64,000 nucleotides of DNA, taken from positions 2,400,001-2,464,000 of the forward strand of contig CAVXRD010000002.1 of assembly GCA_963764165.1 (NCBI GenBank). The letters are read 5' to 3'. The notes beneath the pieces were generated by a model that saw nothing but the letters and a program-made list of their open reading frames with translations, was not told the origin of the DNA and ran no database searches. The stretch comes from an uncultured Verrucomicrobiae bacterium (GTDB taxonomy: Bacteria; Verrucomicrobiota; Verrucomicrobiia; Limisphaerales; Palsa-1400). This document shows, in pieces, positions 57,048-64,000 of the stretch (positions are counted from its first letter, which is position 1; every line of letters starts with the position of its first letter). The position numbers were made by a program, and so were the translations under genes.

Positions 57048-58769
57048 CTACATCGGCTCTCCAGACACATCAAATCTTTCAAAGACCCCACCGAGCATTC
57101 GGATGGCAAACCCAATTTCCACCGCCAGCGCCAGCGCGGCCGCCAATGCTCCGGCGACTATTCCAATGGCCGTGAAGCCGAGCGTTTTTGCTCCGAAAAG
57201 GAATCCGCAAAAAAGGGCCGCTGGCAAAATAATCCCCAGCACGAGGGCGAATATCTGGCCGATCATTAGCACAAGCCGCTGGCCCATCGTTTCAAATCCG
57301 CGCGGCGCGTCCCTGCCCGTTTGAATCCAGGCGGGAAAGAAAAGCACGAAGGCGTTTGGCGTCACAATCGCCAGCAGATCGATGAACGGCAGCACCATCG
57401 CCGCTCCCAGTGTGATGCCTAGTCGGAGCGACATCGGGATGACGTGCCCCTCAACTTCACCAGGGCAGAAAACAAGCGCATAGGCCAGCAGAGCCCATTG
57501 CACCGAAGCCAGCATCGCGGCGGGAGCGAGCACCTCCCCAAGGACAATCTGCCAGCCGGGCATCGGCAGCAATTTGAGGACGTCGGAGGATTTTAAGTCC
57601 TGCCGAAAATCGCATCGGAGCAATTGCGGCCCGGAGAAGAGCGTCAGCGAAAGAACGACCCCGAGAAGCTGGAAGATGAACGGTCCCATGCCGCCGCTGT
57701 CGGCAAAGACCGTCTTCATCACCACGCCGCCAACCACCGCAATTCCTAATAGAAACAGCCAGAGGCGAAATGTCACATACTGCCCGGCGCTGATGAGGTT
57801 TTTCCAGAATATGGCCACCGACGGATGACCGAGCGGGCGCAGCGCAAACGGCGCGCGGGCCGCCTTTTTCAATGCGCGAACCGGGCCGCCCTGGGCCGCG
57901 CGGGCTTCCCGGTGTTCCGCCACCCGCCGCGCTTGTTCGATGCTGCCTTCTTCAAAGGCGTAATCGGCGCGCATCACCCAGACGTAATGGAGAAACCAAA
58001 TCGCCGCCGCCGGCCCCAGCGCAATGAAGAATTGCGCGAAAGTCGTGGAGAAATACGGCGCGATGATCAATCGAAACGGGGCCAGCAAATATGGCAGCGG
58101 GCCGGCGTTCATCACCTGGCCAAGGTAATCCTGGAACCATTTGCCTGCGTTCCCCTTCATGTCCGCTGGAGGAAGGGGCATCGTGTATTTGGCCCACAAA
58201 AATATCACCGCCACCACCACCGCCAGAATTCCAAAAATCACCAGCCGCCGTTTCTTCGGCGTCATCCCGCGATCCATCAGCATGCCGATGGTGACCGAGC
58301 TTGCGTTGGTGTGCATGCTTAACACCGAGATTCCCACAAACCACCCCAGCGTTCGCGTAATGAAATGCCCGCTCGTCGCGCCATGCCGCACCAGGGTCAC
58401 GAACAGCGCGCCAAAAAGCATCGTTACCTGCGAGCCGAATAATTTGAAGCGAATCAACTGCTTGCGCGTAAAGGGCGCGGGAAAAAGCAGGGCAATTTCC
58501 GCCTCGGAGAAACCGAGTCCGCTTCGCTTCTGTGGCAGCAGCCACGACAACAGCACAACGATCAACAGGGCGAACGCCGAAAGCGTTTCCGTCAGGGCCG
58601 TCGGGGCGTTCGCCTTGCGAATCGCCAGAAAATAGCCGACGTAGAAATAAAAATACGCCCCGCCTGCGATGGCGCCTATCATGTATTTAGGCTGGCGCAG
58701 GCGGCGGAGGCGGAAGGCAAGCCGGTTGCGCCACGATTGATACTGGTAATACCAGAGCGCGTTGAACAT
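57048..58769 (-). CDS. Putative ABC exporter membrane subunit
   Basis: Multi-pass membrane protein with an FSEAEIALLFPAP motif; abuts the ATPase gene. Confidence 0.8.
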   Translation of the reverse strand: MFNALWYYQYQSWRNRLAFRLRRLRQPKYMIGAIAGGAYFYFYVGYFLAIRKANAPTALTETLSAFALLIVVLLSWLLPQKRSGLGFSEAEIALLFPAPFTRKQLIRFKLFGSQVTMLFGALFVTLVRHGATSGHFITRTLGWFVGISVLSMHTNASSVTIGMLMDRGMTPKKRRLVIFGILAVVVAVIFLWAKYTMPLPPADMKGNAGKWFQDYLGQVMNAGPLPYLLAPFRLIIAPYFSTTFAQFFIALGPAAAIWFLHYVWVMRADYAFEEGSIEQARRVAEHREARAAQGGPVRALKKAARAPFALRPLGHPSVAIFWKNLISAGQYVTFRLWLFLLGIAVVGGVVMKTVFADSGGMGPFIFQLLGVVLSLTLFSGPQLLRCDFRQDLKSSDVLKLLPMPGWQIVLGEVLAPAAMLASVQWALLAYALVFCPGEVEGHVIPMSLRLGITLGAAMVLPFIDLLAIVTPNAFVLFFPAWIQTGRDAPRGFETMGQRLVLMIGQIFALVLGIILPAALFCGFLFGAKTLGFTAIGIVAGALAAALALAVEIGFAIRMLGGVFERFDVSGEPM

Positions 58770-59557
58770 TACCGCAGATCCTTTTCGTCGGCGGTGGCGC
58801 GGAAGAAGGCTTCCTCGAGATTTCCGCCGCCGCTTTCCTTTGAAAACCGCTCGCGCACTTCGGCCAGCGTTCCGTCAATAATTTTATTGCCCTTCTTCAG
58901 AATCAAAACGTGCGAGCAAATCTCCTCCAGCAAATGCAGCAGGTGCGAACTGATCAAGATGGCCGCGCCGTCTCGCGCCCGCTTCAAGATGGAATCCTTC
59001 ATGCGCCGAATGCCGATGGGATCCAGCCCGGTCAGCGGCTCATCGAAGAAAATAACCTTGGGCGAGTGAATGAATCCGCAGGCGATGGCCAGCTTTTGTT
59101 TCATGCCGCGCGAAAGCTCGTTCGGCAATTTGTCCGCCTTGTCGGCGATCTCCAGTTCTTCCAGCAAAGGCCGGGCCATGGATTCAAAATCCGCCACTCC
59201 GTAGACGCGGGCCATGAAATTCAAATGCTGCATCACTGTCAAGTAATCGAACAGCTTGGGCTCGTCCGAGAAAAACGCCAGCAGCCGCTTTGCTTCGACA
59301 GGTTGTTTGGCGACGTCGAAACCGCAGATGCGCACGACGCCGCGAGTCGAAGGGATGATGCCGGCCAGGCAGCGAAGGGTGGAAGTTTTGCCCGCGCCAT
59401 TGGGCCCCACCAGCCCGATCACTTCACCGGGGCGCACGGAAAAGGAGAGATCGTTCACCGCCGTGAAGTCACCATAAACCTTGGTCAGATTGGAGACTTC
59501 GATTTGGGGTGGAACGACGGCAGCGGCAGGGAGCGGCGGTGGCGGCGCGATTTCCAT
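58769..59557 (-). CDS. ABC transporter ATP-binding protein
   Basis: GPNGAGKT, LSRGMKQK, FFDEP and SSH motifs. Probable start MEIAPP at 59557. Confidence 0.93.
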   Translation of the reverse strand: MEIAPPPPLPAAAVVPPQIEVSNLTKVYGDFTAVNDLSFSVRPGEVIGLVGPNGAGKTSTLRCLAGIIPSTRGVVRICGFDVAKQPVEAKRLLAFFSDEPKLFDYLTVMQHLNFMARVYGVADFESMARPLLEELEIADKADKLPNELSRGMKQKLAIACGFIHSPKVIFFDEPLTGLDPIGIRRMKDSILKRARDGAAILISSHLLHLLEEICSHVLILKKGNKIIDGTLAEVRERFSKESGGGNLEEAFFRATADEKDLR

Positions 59558-59670
59558 GCCCCGCACAATAGCAGTGTCAGCAGAACGGACAAGCCTGAAA
59601 GGTGGGAACGCCACACCGGAGTGCAGAACAAAATTGTTGGGATTTTGGGAGATTTGTCCGGAAGCGTGTT

Positions 59671-59747
59671 AACAGAAGGAAACGAAGCGAAGGAAGGGGT
59701 AACGAATGAGTGCCTGCCCTTCTTCGTAACCTTCGTTTCCTTCTGTT
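59671..59747. repeat. Inverted repeat built from tandem 9-bp (A)AC(A/G)GAAGG-like units
   Basis: AACAGAAGGAAACGAAG (59671-59687) pairs exactly with 59731-59747; the pairing extends imperfectly. Confidence 0.8.
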
Positions 59748-59808
59748 CAATATTTCTGCCGTTCTAAACCTGCTTGCGGCGGAGTCAAAAGAATGGCTCA
59801 ATAAACGC

Positions 59809-61191
59809 GTGAATTCTGAAGAATTTTTGCTGCGCGCGCCTCGCGTCGTGCCGCCGCTTGAGCCGGGATTTCGCCCGGCCGCGCTCGCCTGCCGGGCCTT
59901 CGCTGCCGCGGCCACGGTGCCGGTCGATATCGCTGTCGAACAGGCGGATGGTTCCGTGTTTCATTTTCCAAAAAAGATTCTCGCCGCCGATCATCCCGCC
60001 GCCGCCGGCAATTTTGTTTACCTCGAGAGGCTGATCAAATTCCTGCTCTGGTCGCGCGGCGGATTTCGCGTCTATTTCAACGGGCCGGCGGAACTTGGCT
60101 CGCAGCTCGACCGGTATTACAAGGAAACGGCCACCGGGAAATTTGATGCGAACATCATGGGCGACCGCATTTACGAGCGCCCGTTTGAAGTCGTCACCAC
60201 GGCGAATATCCCGCCGGCCCACGCCACCACCACGCCGCAGGGCCGTCATTGGGAGGGCTGCCGCATCGGCTTCGACCTCGGCGCCAGCGACCGCAAGGCC
60301 GCCGCCGTCAAAGATGGCCAGACGATTTTTTCCGAGGAAGTGGTGTGGGATCCGGTTCCCCAAAAAGATCCGCAATGGCACTTCGACCAGATCATGGATT
60401 CGCTCAAGCGCGCGGCGGCCCACCTTCCCCGCGTCGACGCCATCGGCGGAAGCTCGGCGGGCGTGTATGTCAATAATCGCGTGCGGGTGGCCTCGCTTTT
60501 CCGGGGCGTGCCGGCGGAATTGTTCAACACGCGTGTCAATACTCTTTTCTTTGAATTGAAGAAGGCTTGGGGCGGAATTCCGTTTGAAGTCGTCAATGAC
60601 GGCGAAGTCACCGCGCTGGCTGGCTCGATGACGCTGGGCAAGAATTCCGTGCTCGGCATCGCGATGGGTTCCAGCCTCGCGGCCGGATTCGTCACGCCGG
60701 AGGGCAACATCACCTCGTGGCTCAACGAGCTGGCGTTTGTGCCGGTCGATTACGCGCCCGGCGCCGCGGTGGATGAATGGTCAGGCGACCGCGGGTGCGG
60801 CGCGCTCTACTTCTCGCAGCAGTGTTTGGGGCGGTTTCTTCCGGCGGCGGGAATCGAAGCGCCGCCCGGCCTGGGATTGCCGGAGAAATTGAAGCACGTC
60901 CAAAAATTGATGGAGCAGGGCGATGCGCGGGCGGAGAAAATTTATCAGACCATCGGCGTTTGTTTTGGCTATGCGGTCGCGCACTTCGCGGAATTTTACG
61001 ATTGCGAACACGTTCTAGTGCTCGGCCGCGTCACGACGGGCCGGGGCGGCGACGTGATTCTGGAGCAGGCGCGGCACGTGTTGAGCGTTGAATTTCCCGA
61101 ACTCGCCGGGCGCATCGCCTTTCATGTGCCTGATGAAAAAGACAAGCGCCACGGGCAGGCGGTCGCCGCCGCCAGCCTGCCGGCATTGTAA
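59809..61191 (+). CDS. ROK-family sugar kinase or regulator
   Basis: IGFDLGASD, VVNDGEVTALAG and GCGALY motifs. Probable GTG start at 59809. Confidence 0.8.
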   Translation: MNSEEFLLRAPRVVPPLEPGFRPAALACRAFAAAATVPVDIAVEQADGSVFHFPKKILAADHPAAAGNFVYLERLIKFLLWSRGGFRVYFNGPAELGSQLDRYYKETATGKFDANIMGDRIYERPFEVVTTANIPPAHATTTPQGRHWEGCRIGFDLGASDRKAAAVKDGQTIFSEEVVWDPVPQKDPQWHFDQIMDSLKRAAAHLPRVDAIGGSSAGVYVNNRVRVASLFRGVPAELFNTRVNTLFFELKKAWGGIPFEVVNDGEVTALAGSMTLGKNSVLGIAMGSSLAAGFVTPEGNITSWLNELAFVPVDYAPGAAVDEWSGDRGCGALYFSQQCLGRFLPAAGIEAPPGLGLPEKLKHVQKLMEQGDARAEKIYQTIGVCFGYAVAHFAEFYDCEHVLVLGRVTTGRGGDVILEQARHVLSVEFPELAGRIAFHVPDEKDKRHGQAVAAASLPAL

Positions 61192-61236
61192 AATATAAAA
61201 CATAAGCCAAACAAACATCCAACCAGGCCAAATCCT

Positions 61237-61773
61237 ATGATGAAACAATGTTTCGCTGTTCTCCTGCTCTGTGCCGCCGCCGCCTTCAACGCCGCGGCGG
61301 ACGAAAAGCCAGCGCTCAATCCCCATCTTGCGATGCTCGAGCCGCTGCTGGGGAAAACGTGGAAGGGAGCTTTCGCAAATTCCAAACCCGAAAAGCCGGT
61401 GGTGGATGTCATTCGTTGGGAGCGCGCGCTCAACGGGCAAGCCGTGCGCACGTTGCATTCCATCAATGACGGCGTTTACGGCGGCGAAACGATGTTTGTC
61501 TGGGTCGAGAAAAAGCAGGCGGTCACTTATTACTATTTTACCACGGAAGGCTTCATGACCACCGGAACGATCGAGTCCAAGGACGGCCATTTCATCACCA
61601 GCGAAAAGGTCATCGGCGATGCCGATGGCATCACCGAAGTCCGCAGCACGAGCGAGATTTCGCCGGACGGAAAATTCCACGTCCTGGCCGAGTATTGCAA
61701 AAAGGGCAAGTGGGTGCTCGGGCATGAAGTGACCTACTCGGTGGATTCGTCGGCCACGGTGGTCTTTAGGTAA
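61237..61773 (+). CDS. Secreted hypothetical protein (beta-rich)
   Basis: Clear signal peptide; lies between the ROK and PIG-L genes. Confidence 0.7.
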   Translation: MMKQCFAVLLLCAAAAFNAAADEKPALNPHLAMLEPLLGKTWKGAFANSKPEKPVVDVIRWERALNGQAVRTLHSINDGVYGGETMFVWVEKKQAVTYYYFTTEGFMTTGTIESKDGHFITSEKVIGDADGITEVRSTSEISPDGKFHVLAEYCKKGKWVLGHEVTYSVDSSATVVFR

Positions 61774-61777
61774 ACCT

Positions 61778-61808
61778 TGGCAGGGCGAGACTCCGTCGAG
61801 CCCTGCCA
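61778..61808. repeat. Degenerate single REP (family B-like) or hairpin
   Basis: TGGCAGGGC...GCCCTGCCA stem; resembles GGTAGGGCGAGGCTCC..CGAGCC in the 19458 element. Confidence 0.6.
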
Positions 61809-61821
61809 CTAAATAGATTTT

Positions 61822-62682
61822 ATGAATCCCTACGGCAAATTTGTTTCGGACATCGCCAACCTCGTCAGCGAGGGAAAATCTTTGCCGCTTGGCGGCTTCG
61901 CGCCGCTGCCGCGGCCGGCCATCGCTCCCGATGCCCCCACGGTCCTCTTTTTTGCTCCCCACCCGGACGACGAAACGATCAGCGGCGGACTCGCCTTGCG
62001 CCTGCTGCGCGAGGCGAAATGGAACGTCATCAACATCGCCATCACGCTTGGCCGATTGAAGGAACGAAAGCCGGGACGCCTTGAGGAATTAAGGAATGCC
62101 TGCAACTTTTTGGGCTTCGGATTGGAAGTCGCCTCGCCGGAAGGCTTCGACGGAGTGACAGCTGCCACGCGGTCCAAAGACCCCGCCGCGTGGGGGCAGA
62201 TGGTCAAGATAACCGCCGCCATTTTGGAGAAGCACAAGCCGAAAGCCATCTTTCTGCCGCATGAATTGGATTGGAACGGCACGCATATCGGCACGCATTT
62301 TCTGGTCATGGATGCGCTCAAGGCCACCAAGGGCGTTGAATGCCATTTGATTGAAATGGAATTCTGGGGCCAAATGCAAACGCCCAATCTGCTGGTCGAA
62401 TACACCAGGGAAATTGTGGCCGATCTTGTGGCGGCGACGTCTTTCCATATTCTGGAAGTGAAACGCAATCCATATCACCTCCTGAATCCCGCGTGGATGA
62501 TGGACAATGTCCGGCGGGGGGCGGAACTGGTGGGCGGGCAGGGCGGAGCTGCGCCGTCGTTTGAATTCGCGCAAGTATTCCGCCTCCGCAAATGGAGCGG
62601 CAGTCAATTTGAAGATTGTTTGACAAAGGGGCGATTTTCCCCGGCCAGCGAAGATCCCTCGGCGATTTTTGCAGTCTCATAG
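61822..62682 (+). CDS. PIG-L/LmbE-family deacetylase
   Basis: APHPDDE metal-binding motif and DWNGTH. Confidence 0.88.
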   Translation: MNPYGKFVSDIANLVSEGKSLPLGGFAPLPRPAIAPDAPTVLFFAPHPDDETISGGLALRLLREAKWNVINIAITLGRLKERKPGRLEELRNACNFLGFGLEVASPEGFDGVTAATRSKDPAAWGQMVKITAAILEKHKPKAIFLPHELDWNGTHIGTHFLVMDALKATKGVECHLIEMEFWGQMQTPNLLVEYTREIVADLVAATSFHILEVKRNPYHLLNPAWMMDNVRRGAELVGGQGGAAPSFEFAQVFRLRKWSGSQFEDCLTKGRFSPASEDPSAIFAVS

Positions 62683-62970
62683 CAAAGCGCCCCCCTTCGG
62701 CCGCCACCCGACGCGGTCAATCCGAAAAACAACGGCTTATTGGTTCCATGCTGTTTTCAACGGCGTGCGGATCCTCTGCGCGCTCATCTTCTTTGCGCGA
62801 AAGTCCTTTCCCTATGGCAGGCCGTTGGCAATGCGTGTGATGCGTCTTGAGCCGCCGGCGCGGCGGTAGGGCATTTCCCGGTGGGCGAAGTCCGCATGGA
62901 ACCAGCGCATTCCTCTGCTACCTTGTTGAGCAGCCCAAAAAAGCAGCACATCAAGGAGAATTATCTAGTT

Positions 62971-64000
62971 ATGACACGAACACTTCAAGTTATCGCGGGA
63001 ACGGTCGCCGCCTCGATCGTCGGCCTTGCAGCTTCGGCCCAGGAAATGCCCAATTCCCCAACGGATGCGCGAGGAGATCGCCGCACCGACGTGACGAACC
63101 CTCGGCATCAAGGCCGGCTCAACGAAGCGGCCAAGGCGAGCGATGTTATCGGAATGCCTGTCACCAATGACCAGGGCGACAAGCTCGGCAAAATCAAAGA
63201 AGTCGCCATTGATTTGCAATCTGGACGCATCACTGAGGTCATCCTCGCCACCGGCGGGATGGCCGGGGTGGGTGACACTTACACGGCGCTGCCCCCGTGC
63301 TTGCTGCATAGTGACTCCGAGCGCAAACACTTCTTTTTGAACGCGGACAAGGAGAAGGTGAAAAACGCTCCCAAATTTGAATTTTCCCAGTGGGCGAACC
63401 AGGGATCGGCCGAACGCCTCAAAGCGGAATACGCCTATTACGGCGAGGAGGCCAAGGGCCAATCCATTGACTCCTCGGAGATTCCCGATGCGCGCCTGAC
63501 CCAAGTGCAAAGAGCCAGCAAACTGCTGGGCGACTCGGTCAGGAATGGCCAAAACGAAAAGGTCGGCAAGCTCGATAATTTGCTGCTGGATCTTCCTTCC
63601 GGCCGCGTGGTGGCTGCCATTGTTTCCTCTGGCGGATTTTTGGGCATGGATGGCGAATTGAGCGCCGTTCCGCCCTCCGCTCTCCGATACGTTGCGGATC
63701 AAAATACACTTCAGATCAACGCCTCCAAAGAAATGTTAAGCAGCGCGCCACATTTCAAGAGTGATCAATGGCCCGACTTCAGCCAGCCGGGTTACGCTGT
63801 CGGCGTCTACAGCGCCTATCATGCCGATCCTTATTTCACGACGAATGCTTCTCGTGACGGCGCCCGTGACGCTTCCCACGACGTCGATGACACCGCCCAA
63901 AATGTCCGCGACCGCGACAACCGGACGGTGACGCCTCTGGATCAAGGCAACAGCAAATCAGATATTAGCACCACCGCGCAAATTCGGAAGCAGGTCGTTT
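62971..64000 (+). CDS. Secreted protein with two PRC-barrel domains and a probable BON domain; truncated at the right edge of the window
   Basis: AAGGAG RBS and signal peptide MTRTLQVIAG..ASA. PRC barrels KASDVIGMPVTNDQGDKLGKI and RASKLLGDSVRNGQNEKVGKL. The frame is open to the window end, so it is absent from the ORF track. Confidence 0.85.
   Translation, partial: MTRTLQVIAGTVAASIVGLAASAQEMPNSPTDARGDRRTDVTNPRHQGRLNEAAKASDVIGMPVTNDQGDKLGKIKEVAIDLQSGRITEVILATGGMAGVGDTYTALPPCLLHSDSERKHFFLNADKEKVKNAPKFEFSQWANQGSAERLKAEYAYYGEEAKGQSIDSSEIPDARLTQVQRASKLLGDSVRNGQNEKVGKLDNLLLDLPSGRVVAAIVSSGGFLGMDGELSAVPPSALRYVADQNTLQINASKEMLSSAPHFKSDQWPDFSQPGYAVGVYSAYHADPYFTTNASRDGARDASHDVDDTAQNVRDRDNRTVTPLDQGNSKSDISTTAQIRKQVV

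Overview
A 64 kb GC-rich bacterial chromosomal segment. The gene families suggest Verrucomicrobiota, Pedosphaera/Limisphaerales-like (inference, not a database result). Left to right: a truncated RhuM fragment cut by a 160-bp element with terminal inverted repeats; an alpha/beta hydrolase; a degenerate cysteine desulfurase paralogue (PLP Lys->Arg); an FkbM methyltransferase fused by a 1-nt frameshift to a LamG/Ig protein; a large LamG-Ig-cohesin-dockerin protein; Rrf2, LRR and sulfatase genes; a minimal GspE/2xGspF/permease cluster; SET and nuclease-DinG genes; a ~19 kb four-gene operon; UDG, dnaN and a probable oriC with no adjacent dnaA; a canonical cysteine desulfurase; an aldo/keto reductase; a permease-RCC1 fusion; an Hhe-like DUF4011 helicase-nuclease; an H-X9-DG prepilin-like gene; an ABC exporter; ROK and PIG-L genes; and a partial PRC-barrel gene. 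The four-gene operon is the best candidate for an undescribed system. It encodes a cohesin-like protein, a 4202-aa repeat adhesin ending in an atypical Hint autoprocessing domain (His-Leu-Cys instead of His-Asn-Cys), a translationally coupled secreted partner with a Cys near its mature N-terminus, and a secreted double pseudo-rhodanese. A second candidate is a shared C-terminal (F/Y)(F/Y)R domain on three unrelated secreted proteins, possibly a sorting signal. Several intergenic palindromic repeat families are present. No rRNA, tRNA or CRISPR array was seen. All domain calls come from motif recognition by eye, not from searches.
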